From positions 1 to 40,134 of the forward strand of contig CAMYIK010000001.1 of the NCBI GenBank assembly GCA_947258365.1: DNA of 40,134 nucleotides, read 5' to 3'. This DNA is from an uncultured Thermoleophilia bacterium. Lineage in GTDB: Bacteria > Actinomycetota > Thermoleophilia > Miltoncostaeales > Miltoncostaeaceae. Shown one piece after another: positions 33,035 to 40,134 of the stretch. Within the stretch, counting starts at the first letter, position 1; each line of letters starts with the position of its first letter. Position numbers and translations under genes: made by a program. The notes under the pieces are model-generated. The model was not told where the DNA came from and made no database searches. It worked only from the letters and a program-made list of their open reading frames with translations.

Positions 33035-33973
33035 TCAGTCCGCCAGGGCGTAGCGAGCTTGGCGCTGATCTCGAATGATCTTCCCATCTTCGAGCTCGAC
33101 CACCCGCATCTGCATCTTGTCGACCAGATCGCGATCGTGGGTCGCCATGATCACCGTCGTCCCGGTGCGGTTGATGCGGTAGAGCAGCTGCATGATCCCG
33201 ATGGACGTGTCGGGATCGAGGTTTCCCGTGGGCTCGTCGGCGATCAGCAAACGTGGCTGATTGACGAATGAGCGCGCCACCGAGACCCGCTGCTGTTCGC
33301 CACCTGAGAGTTCATTCGGATACCGCTCGCCTTTTTCGCCGAGCCCGACAAGGGTCAGCACCTCGGGAACCATCCGCTTGATGTTGCGCGGGGACTCTCC
33401 GATGATCTCGAGCGCATACGCGACGTTCTCGTAGGCGGTGCGTCCCGGCAGGAGCTTGTAGTCCTGGAAGATCGTGCCGATGGAACGCCGCAGGTAAGGG
33501 ATACGACCTCGGCGCAGCCTTGTCAGATCGCGACCACCGACCACCACGCGGCCGCTGGAGGAGTCGAGCTCCTTCGTCAGCAACCGGATGAAGGTCGACT
33601 TACCCGAGCCGGACTGACCGACCAGGAAGACGAACTCTCCCGAGTCAACCTCGAGCGAGACGTCGTCGAGCGCCGTCGTGCCGCCATCCTTGCCCTCGTA
33701 GACCTTCTTGACGTCCTCCATGACCACCATGGGGCCATCGCCGTCGCGCAGGAAGGACGCGCTCTTGTCACGGCGCAGCCCGCGTCGGCCCGAACTCTCG
33801 CCGCCGGTACGGCCACGACGCCGCAGCATGCGGCGCTGGGCCCGTTCTTCGGCCTCGGAGAGGGCGTCCTCGGGCGTTTGCCCGTTGGGTGTCTGGTCAG
33901 AACTCACGAATGCAGTTCTCGGAAGCGGGGCGGGAACGCGGCTGGAGAAAAGCCTGCAAAATAACGCTTTCAT
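33035..33973 (-). CDS. ftsE: Cell division ATP-binding protein FtsE (start uncertain)
   Basis: Motifs: Walker A GQSGSGKST, signature LSGGEQQRV, Walker B LLIADEPTGNLD. The canonical-length (231-aa) protein would start at ATG 33730 (MVVMEDVKKVY). The upstream in-frame 60-80 codons are basic/low-complexity (RRMLRRRGRTGGESSGRRGLRRDK) but keep fairly high third-position G/C, so an N-terminal extension (GTG 33907 or ATG 33829) cannot be excluded. Confidence 0.88.
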   Translation of the reverse strand: MKALFCRLFSSRVPAPLPRTAFVSSDQTPNGQTPEDALSEAEERAQRRMLRRRGRTGGESSGRRGLRRDKSASFLRDGDGPMVVMEDVKKVYEGKDGGTTALDDVSLEVDSGEFVFLVGQSGSGKSTFIRLLTKELDSSSGRVVVGGRDLTRLRRGRIPYLRRSIGTIFQDYKLLPGRTAYENVAYALEIIGESPRNIKRMVPEVLTLVGLGEKGERYPNELSGGEQQRVSVARSFVNQPRLLIADEPTGNLDPDTSIGIMQLLYRINRTGTTVIMATHDRDLVDKMQMRVVELEDGKIIRDQRQARYALAD

Positions 33974-34095
33974 GACGAGATCGCCGCGCCGAGCGGCCGG
34001 AGGTTATATGGCGGCTGCCGCAGGTGTCAACGGACGATGAGACGACGGACCTCAAGCGTTTCATGGCCTGCGTGGTGGCGGCGCGCATCGTGGCG

Positions 34096-35248
34096 CTAAC
34101 CGACCGGTTCTTGCTCGCGGGCGCGTCGTTCGAGCTCCGCTCGAATGAACTCGTCCAGATCTCCGTCGAGAACCGCCTGCACATTGCCGGTTTCACGCTC
34201 TGTGCGGAGATCTTTGACCATCGTGTACGGATGCAAGACGTACGACCGAATCTGGCTGCCGAAGCCGATCGCGCGGGTCACACCCCGCGCTTTGGCGGCC
34301 TCATCCTCACGCCGTTCGAGCTCCTGTTGCACCAATCTGGAACGCAACAGCGCCATCGCCGTCGCACGATTCTGCGTTTGTGAGCGCTCGTTCTGGCATT
34401 GAACGACGATCCCGCTCGGGAGGTGAGTGATACGGACCGCACTGTCGGTCTTGTTGACGTGCTGCCCGCCCGCGCCGCTGGCGCGGTAGGTGTCGATCTT
34501 GAGCTCTTTGTCGAGAATTTCGATCTCAACCTCGTCGCTGACCAGCGGCGCGACATCGACAGCGGCGAAGGACGTCTGGCGGCGATTGGCCGAGTCGAAC
34601 GGTGAGAGGCGCACAAGCCGATGCACGCCGCGCTCGGCCTGCATCAAGCCGTAGGCGTTCTCCCCCTCAACCGTGAGCGTGGCGCTCTTGATGCCGGCCT
34701 CGCCTCCTTCCTGAACCTCCTTGAGGTCCGCCTTGAGCTGGCGCCCCTCGGCCCATCTGAGGTACATCCTGAGCAGCATCTCCGCCCAGTCCTGAGCATC
34801 TGTGCCACCTTCCCCGGAGTGGATGCTGACCACGGCCGCGCCGGCATCGTGCTCACCACTGAACAGGCGCGCTTCGTCGAGAACGGCCAGCGTGGCGTCG
34901 AGTGAGTCCACCCCCGACCGAATCTCGGCCAGGAAGTTCTCCTCCAGCGCCCCGGCCTCGTTTTCCTCCGTCGCGAGTTCGAGGAGTCCCTCGAGGTCCT
35001 CGACCTCGGCACTCAGCCGACGATATTCGGCCAGTCGCTTCTGCTGGGTGGAGTGCTGGGCCGAGACCGCGGCCGCCGTGTTCTGGTCGTCCCAGAATCC
35101 CGGCGCCTGCATCTGCTGTTCAAGCTCGGCGATGCGAGCTTCGATCGCGGCAGGGTCAAAGATAGTCGCCCAGGACACCGGCTCGGTCGCGAAGACCACC
35201 GATGCGCTGAACGAGATCTTCGAGGGCTTGTTGGTCCTCGAGGCTCAC
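34096..35248 (-). CDS. prfB: Peptide chain release factor 2, expressed through a +1 programmed ribosomal frameshift
   Basis: Frame 0 runs from GTG 35248 (overlapping the secA stop as GTGA): MSLEDQQALEDLVQRIGGLRDRAGVLGDYL, ending at TGA 35158..35156. The +1 frame continues DPAAIEARIAELEQQMQAPGFWDD... into track ORF 34096..35199. That ORF carries SPF (RLSPFDS) and GGQ (SGAGGQHVNKTDSAVRITH). Confidence 0.92.
35155..35164 (-). promoter_or_regulatory. prfB: prfB +1 programmed frameshift site TAT CTT TGA C
   Basis: On the minus strand the sequence is tat ctt tga c, identical to the E. coli prfB shift site as I recall it. It falls exactly where the N-terminal frame ends and the RF2 body frame begins. 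Confidence 0.88.
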
Positions 35249-38019
35249 GTCGTCAGGCCGCAGTCAGGCGTGCCGTAGCAATTCTTGAACTTCTTGCCCG
35301 ACCCGCACGGGCAGGGGTCGTTGCGGCCGACGCCCTTGAGCTCGTCGGGGGTCACGCGCTGCTCGACGACCGCGACCGAATCGACCGACGTCTCCACCCC
35401 GGCGCTGGAGTACTGCAGCTCGTCTTGGTGGGCGTGGGCGACCTCAGGCTCGGTGGTCCCCGCCGCCGCGGCGACCGACTGCACCGGCTCGTCCTGGTAG
35501 GTGTAGTCGACGTTGGAGACGTCGGGCTGCCGAGGCTGCGGATGCTCCTCCGAGGGCTCGAGCCGGAACATGAGACGCACGAACTCATGCTTCACGTTCT
35601 GCATCGTCTCTTCGAACATGTTGTGGCCCTCGAGGCGGTACTCGCCGAGCGGGTCCTTCTGGCCGAGGGCGCGCAGGTGGATGCCTTCGCGCAGATAGTC
35701 CATCGCGTAGAGGTGCTCGCGCCACTGCGTATCGACGAGGCTCAACAAGACCAGGCGCTCGAGCTCCTGCATACGCTCGGAACCGAAACGCTCTTCACGC
35801 GCGTTGTACTGCTCCATCGCGTCGTCTTCGAGCTCGTTGAGCAGGTCCTCTTCGGTAAACGGATCGCTGTCGTCATCGAGCGGAAGCTCGCCGGGCCCGA
35901 AGGACACGGGGTAGTACTGCGCGATCTCATGGAAGAGCGCGTCGAGGTCCCAGTCGGCGGGAAGTGCATCCTCTGACGAGTACTGGCCGACGATGTCCAC
36001 AAGGGTCCCGACCACCCAATCACGCGAGCGTTCCGTGAGGTCCTCGCCCTCGAGCACCCTGCGGCGCTCGCTGTAGATCACCTTGCGCTGCGCGTTCATC
36101 ACGTCGTCGTACTCGAGGACGCGCTTGCGGATGTTGAAGTTCTGCTCCTCGACCTTCTTCTGAGAGCCCTCCACCGTCTTGGTGAGCATCTTCGAGTCGA
36201 GCGGCAGGTCGTCGCCCGGGCCGAGCTTGTCGAGGATCTTGTAGATCCGGTCGCCCGCGAAGATCCGGATCAGGTCGTCCTCGGCCGAGAGGAAGAACCG
36301 TGACTGACCGGGGTCGCCCTGACGGCCGGAGCGCCCGCGCAGCTGGTTGTCGATACGGCGACTCTCGTGGCGCTCGGTGCCGATGACGAAGAGGCCACCC
36401 AGATCTTGGACCCCCTCCCCCAACTTGATGTCCACTCCACGGCCGGCCATGTTCGTCGCGATCGTGACCGAGCGCTGCTGGCCCGCGCTGGCGATGATCT
36501 CGGCCTCATGCTCGTGGTGCTTGGCGTTCAGCACGTTGTGGGTCACACCGCGCTTGTCGAGCATCTTGCTGAGCATCTCGGAGACCTCGACTGAGGCCGT
36601 GCCGAGCAGCACCGGCTGGCCTTTCTCCTGGCGCTCGGCGACCTCCTCGACGACGGCGCGGAACTTGCCCTCGCGGGTCTTGAAGATGTAGTCGTTCTCG
36701 TCGACCCGGCTGACAGGGCGATGGGTCGGGATGGCGAGTACGTCCGCCTCGTAGATCTTTGCGAACTCGTTGGCCTCGGTGGAGGCGGTGCCGGTCATTC
36801 CCGAGAGCTTCTTGTAGAGACGGAAGTAGTTCTGCAGCGTGATCGTGGCGAGGGTCTGGTTCTCCTCGCGGATCTTCTGGCCCTCCTTCGCCTCGATCGC
36901 CTGGTGGAGCCCTTCGGAGTAGCGACGCCCCTCGAGCACCCGGCCGGTGAACTCGTCCACGATCAGCACTTCGCCGTCGCGAACGATGTACTCCTTGTCG
37001 TTGTTGTAGAGCGCCTGTGCCTTTAGAGCCTGGATGAAGTGGTTGACCAGGCCGCCGTTGACGTCGAGGTAGAGGTTCTCGATACCGAGCGCCTTCTCGA
37101 TCTTGGCAACACCGCTCTCGCTCGGGGCGACCGTGCGGTGCTTCTCGTCGACCTCGTAGTCCTCGTCCTGCTTGAGGGTCGGGACCACGCGTGCGAAGCG
37201 GTAGTAGGTCTCCGAGGCTTGCTCGGGCACACCGGAGATGATCAGCGGCGTCCGGGCCTCGTCGATGAGAATCGAGTCGACCTCATCCACGATGCAGAAG
37301 TAGTGCTTGCGCTGCACGCAGTCGTCGAGCCGCACGGCCATGTTGTCGCGGAGGTAGTCGAATCCGAACTCGGAGTTCGTGCCGTAGGTCACGTCGCAGA
37401 AATACGCGGTGCGCCGCTGCGCCTCAGGCATCTGGCTCTGGATTACGCCGACCGAAATCCCGAGCAACTCGAACAGCGGCCACATCCAGTTGGCATCGCG
37501 GCGCGCGAGGTAGTCGTTCACCGTCACCACGTGGACTCCGTGCTCGGTCAGCGCGTTGAGGTAGATGGTGGGCGCCGAGGCGAAGGTCTTGCCCTCGCCG
37601 GTCTTCATCTCGGCGATCTTGCCGTCATGAAGGGCCATCGCGCCGACGAGCTGGACGTCGTAGAGGCGAACCATTCCCTCGGCCTGGTCACGAGGCGTGT
37701 CCCACTCGTCAGGGAGATCCTCAGCAGCACGCCCGAGCTTCGCCTCGGTGGTGACTTCTGAGCTGTCCACGCCAGCCGGGTCGACAGTGCGCTTCGCGGC
37801 CTCTCGCACGAGCGCAAAGGCCTCAGGCAGGAGGTCCTCCAGGCTCTCCCCATCCCGGTGACGCTGCTTGAACTCTGCCGTCTTCTCGCGGATCTCCGCG
37901 GCGGTGAGCTCGAGGTAGTCGTCCTCGAGGTCGCCGATCTTCTCGGCACGCTTCAGCATGGTCTTCATGTGGCGGCCTTCGCCGACGCTCAAGACCTTGT
38001 TTAGGAGCTGTGTTGACAT
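35245..38019 (-). CDS. secA: Preprotein translocase ATPase SecA
   Basis: The 924-aa ORF contains MKTGEGKTF, CIVDEVDSILIDEARTPLIISG, GMTGTA, TNMAGRGVDIKLG and a C-terminal zinc-binding tail, CPCGSGKKFKNCYG. Confidence 0.96.
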   Translation of the reverse strand: MSTQLLNKVLSVGEGRHMKTMLKRAEKIGDLEDDYLELTAAEIREKTAEFKQRHRDGESLEDLLPEAFALVREAAKRTVDPAGVDSSEVTTEAKLGRAAEDLPDEWDTPRDQAEGMVRLYDVQLVGAMALHDGKIAEMKTGEGKTFASAPTIYLNALTEHGVHVVTVNDYLARRDANWMWPLFELLGISVGVIQSQMPEAQRRTAYFCDVTYGTNSEFGFDYLRDNMAVRLDDCVQRKHYFCIVDEVDSILIDEARTPLIISGVPEQASETYYRFARVVPTLKQDEDYEVDEKHRTVAPSESGVAKIEKALGIENLYLDVNGGLVNHFIQALKAQALYNNDKEYIVRDGEVLIVDEFTGRVLEGRRYSEGLHQAIEAKEGQKIREENQTLATITLQNYFRLYKKLSGMTGTASTEANEFAKIYEADVLAIPTHRPVSRVDENDYIFKTREGKFRAVVEEVAERQEKGQPVLLGTASVEVSEMLSKMLDKRGVTHNVLNAKHHEHEAEIIASAGQQRSVTIATNMAGRGVDIKLGEGVQDLGGLFVIGTERHESRRIDNQLRGRSGRQGDPGQSRFFLSAEDDLIRIFAGDRIYKILDKLGPGDDLPLDSKMLTKTVEGSQKKVEEQNFNIRKRVLEYDDVMNAQRKVIYSERRRVLEGEDLTERSRDWVVGTLVDIVGQYSSEDALPADWDLDALFHEIAQYYPVSFGPGELPLDDDSDPFTEEDLLNELEDDAMEQYNAREERFGSERMQELERLVLLSLVDTQWREHLYAMDYLREGIHLRALGQKDPLGEYRLEGHNMFEETMQNVKHEFVRLMFRLEPSEEHPQPRQPDVSNVDYTYQDEPVQSVAAAAGTTEPEVAHAHQDELQYSSAGVETSVDSVAVVEQRVTPDELKGVGRNDPCPCGSGKKFKNCYGTPDCGLTT

Positions 38020-38261
38020 GCGCTTTCCGGCTCGGTGGGCGGACTTGTTGATGGTAGCAACGGGTCCCTCGGAACCGGCCTCCGGGTGTTACGTCTTCAT
38101 GGCGGCTTAAGGGTCTAAGACGTGCAACGGGCAGGCGCTAGGGCCGGTCGTGCCGGCACCATGATGACGCCGAGCTGGCCGCCCTGACCCACGAACACGC
38201 CCTTCAAGATGCCGAGGGCACCCGACCGCCGATGCGGTGAACGGGCGCCCTCAGCCCGGCT

Positions 38262-38822
38262 TCATGCGTCAGGCGCGATGAGACCGTAGTTACCGTCCCG
38301 TCGTCGGTAGATCACGCTGACGTTGTCGGTTTCGTCGCTGCGGAAAACGTAGAAGTCATGGTTGAGCAGATCGAGCTGGAGCGCGGCATCCTCGGCTGCC
38401 ATCGGTTCCATCGGAAAGCGCTTGCTCTTGACGATCATGGGCCCCTCGTCGACCGGAGCGGGGGCTGATGGCTCGGCAGGCACAGGCGGGGGCGGTTGAG
38501 CTCGCGCGCCACGGCGGCGCTTGCGTCGGTCGCGGTACTTGGCCGCTTGGCGCTCGAGCTTGTGGGTGGCCTGATCGATCGCGTTGTACATGTCGGGGCC
38601 ACGCTCGCGAACGCGCAGTACCGGACCCTTCGTGCGAACCGTGACCTCAGCTACCTGGTCCTGTCCATGGCTCTTGGTGTTCTCCACGGAGAGCTCGAGC
38701 TCGACGCGCGTCGCGTCGTCCCATGGCGGGAGTATCCGGCTCAATTTCCCCAGCTTCCGCTCTGCGTGCTCAAAGAGCGCGTCGGTCACTTGAAGGTTCT
38801 TGCCCTTCACCTGGAGCTGCAT
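38262..38822 (-). CDS. hpf: Ribosome hibernation promoting factor, long form (HPF/RaiA family)
   Basis: ATG 38822 is preceded by GGAGG. The sequence reads MQLQVKGKNLQVTDALFEHAERKLGKLSRIL...VRTKGPVLRVRERGPDMYNAIDQATHKLERQAAKYRDRR, then a linker, then a C-terminal dimerisation domain (IVKSKRFPMEPMAAEDAALQLDLLNHDFYVFRSDETDNVSVIYRRRDGNYGLI). The track ORF extension to 39098 overlaps comF and is rejected. Confidence 0.9.
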   Translation of the reverse strand: MQLQVKGKNLQVTDALFEHAERKLGKLSRILPPWDDATRVELELSVENTKSHGQDQVAEVTVRTKGPVLRVRERGPDMYNAIDQATHKLERQAAKYRDRRKRRRGARAQPPPPVPAEPSAPAPVDEGPMIVKSKRFPMEPMAAEDAALQLDLLNHDFYVFRSDETDNVSVIYRRRDGNYGLIAPDA

Positions 38823-38856
38823 AACGACCTCCCGGGGTGTGTGAACTGCACAGATC

Positions 38857-39603
38857 CTATCCCCGACGGAGCGCGCGCGCGAAGGATCTGGCCGTGATCT
38901 TGCGGACCCCGCACAACCACAACGCCTGAGCCGCGGATGCGAGCGTCGCGCCCGTGGTGTGAACGTCGTCCACCAGACACACGCTGGGTGGTAACTCGAT
39001 CCCCCGCCTGACGGTGAAAACACCGCGCACGTGCTCAACGCGGGCGGCGACCCCCGCGCCGCGCTGAGACCGTTCAGGCCCGGTTCGCTGGAGTACATCG
39101 CAGACCGAGGCGTCCCAACGTTCGGCGAGCGCCGCGGCCAGCGCCTGGCTCTGGTTGAAACCTCTCCGCGCCTCTCGGCCCGCGCTCAAGGGAATCGGCA
39201 CGAGTGCGGTTCCCGCCGGTCGAGGAGTGTGATCGACGATCAGATCCGCGAGTACGGGTGCCAGCCCCAGGCGGCCGCCGTCCTTGAGGCCGCTCACCAA
39301 ATGGGGCACGGGACCCTCGTACCGCACGGCCGCCCGCGCTCCGACGAGGCGCCCTCGACACTCGGCGCAGCGAGCGGGCGCGATCGCAAACGGATGACCG
39401 CACCCCGCACAGTGTTCGCCGCCAATCGGTCGCAGCGCACCACGGCATCTGTCGCACAGGGACTTCCCCGGCAACGAGCATCCGACGCAGGTCGGCGGAG
39501 AGACTGCCTCGATCAGTCGAGACAGGAACCATCGATGGACCACGCCCTCTGGAGGGCGCCCGGCCCCGGTCTTCCCCCATGGCTTAGTCGCCGATGCGCG
39601 CAA
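38857..39603 (-). CDS. ComF-family phosphoribosyltransferase-fold protein (ComFC-like)
   Basis: An N-terminal Cys4 zinc-finger pattern is present (CVGCS...CDRC...CAGCG...CAECR), along with FNQSQALA and the PRTase motif VCLVDDVHTTGATL. It sits upstream of hpf-secA, as in other Gram-positive genomes. Confidence 0.82.
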   Translation of the reverse strand: MRASATKPWGKTGAGRPPEGVVHRWFLSRLIEAVSPPTCVGCSLPGKSLCDRCRGALRPIGGEHCAGCGHPFAIAPARCAECRGRLVGARAAVRYEGPVPHLVSGLKDGGRLGLAPVLADLIVDHTPRPAGTALVPIPLSAGREARRGFNQSQALAAALAERWDASVCDVLQRTGPERSQRGAGVAARVEHVRGVFTVRRGIELPPSVCLVDDVHTTGATLASAAQALWLCGVRKITARSFARALRRG

Positions 39604-39692
39604 TGTCCGCTAGACCGAGGTTCAGACCGCGACTCATCCTTCGACGATGTCGCATCCCCCGGGATACGGGCAGACTCTCCACAACCCCCGCG

Positions 39693-40134
39693 ATGACCAG
39701 CCCCTCTCTCTCACTAATCGGGCGAACCACCCGCGCATGGGCGCTTTCGTTGGCCGGTCTCGTGATCGGCGCGGCGGGCGCTCGCCCCGGATCGGCGTAC
39801 GCGTCGAGCTCCGGAGCGATTACCCCCGGCAGCGACATCTCGCTGACTCAAGTAGCCCTGATCGTGGTGATTCTCGCCGGAGTAATCGCCTTGGCCAGCT
39901 CCCTACTTCGACGGGAACGTTCAGAGGGCCATGGCGATCCGGAGCTCCAAGAGCTGGGACACGATCCCTCCTCGTCTGATGGCCTTGAGGGTGGCGTCGA
40001 TGGTGAGACTCGCACCGCGCGCATCACCTCCTATGACGTCGCGATGGGTATCGCCGGCAGCCGATACGGCAATAGCCATGGCGACGGAAACGGACTCGGC
40101 CACGTCAGTCCGGACCTCACCGCCATCAGGCAGG
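39693..40134 (+). CDS. Hypothetical membrane/secreted protein, 5' part only (runs off the right edge)
   Basis: It is absent from the ORF track because it has no stop in the window. My translation from ATG 39693 gives MTSPSLSLIGRTTRAWALSLAGLVIGAAGARPGSAYA-SSSGAITPGSDISLTQVALIVVILAGVIALASSLLRRERSEGHGDPELQELGHD...TARITSYDVAMGIAGSRYGNSHGDGNGLGHVSPDLTAIRQ. That is a signal-like segment, then a TM helix. Third-position G/C is high and better than in the minus-strand track ORFs 39584..39838 and 39921..40103. Confidence 0.45.
   Translation, partial: MTSPSLSLIGRTTRAWALSLAGLVIGAAGARPGSAYASSSGAITPGSDISLTQVALIVVILAGVIALASSLLRRERSEGHGDPELQELGHDPSSSDGLEGGVDGETRTARITSYDVAMGIAGSRYGNSHGDGNGLGHVSPDLTAIRQ

Noticed and set aside
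38823-39098. N-terminal 92-aa extension of the hpf ORF (track ORF 38262..39098)
   Set aside because: The extension overlaps the 3' end of the comF-family gene in another frame and is Arg/Ser/Cys-rich. A GGAGG-ATG start at 38822 gives a full-length canonical long HPF.
39584-40103. Minus-strand ORFs 39584..39838 (84 aa) and 39921..40103 (60 aa)
   Set aside because: They are short, motif-less and have poorer third-position bias than the overlapping plus-strand open frame that runs to the window edge.

Overview
This is a very GC-rich bacterial chromosomal segment in which codon third positions are almost all G/C. Gene content looks Actinomycetota-like, and nearly every gene is on the minus strand. 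Most of the window is conserved housekeeping synteny. From the left, a truncated lipoprotein gene follows argD-argB-argJ-argC-pheT-pheS (stop/start overlaps at three of the junctions), then tatA. A 1007-aa secreted vWA + RTX-repeat protein on the plus strand sits inside the otherwise conserved infC-rpmI-rplT-trmH ... pheST-arg block. Next come a cupredoxin lipoprotein, about 950 bp of unresolved patchy coding signal, and the lprG-MFS (P55-like) pair. An accessory-looking stretch follows: a GGDEF relic, an aminotransferase, a Cys-rich ArsR regulator and a Lys-rich secreted protein of unknown function. The right half is comF-hpf-secA-prfB-ftsE-ftsX-ctp-rnr-smpB...ssrA. prfB carries the classical CTT TGA C +1 programmed frameshift. 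ctp and rnr are both reading-frame-disrupted. rnr, smpB and the tmRNA gene are separated by two full-length paralogous sensor-GGDEF-EAL genes, a decayed third EAL copy and an alpha-hydroxy-acid oxidase gene. The ORF track cannot show the tmRNA gene (21410..21780, minus). Its structure is convincing, but it has a non-canonical T-loop, no encoded CCA and a tag ending in LSA. I found no CRISPR array, transposase, integrase or recognisable defence or toxin system. The leads most worth a second look are the odd tmRNA, the c-di-GMP gene family invading the trans-translation locus, the vWA-RTX protein, the Lys-rich secreted protein and the unresolved region at 14.4-15.4 kb. All family calls come from motif recognition by eye, since no searches could be run.
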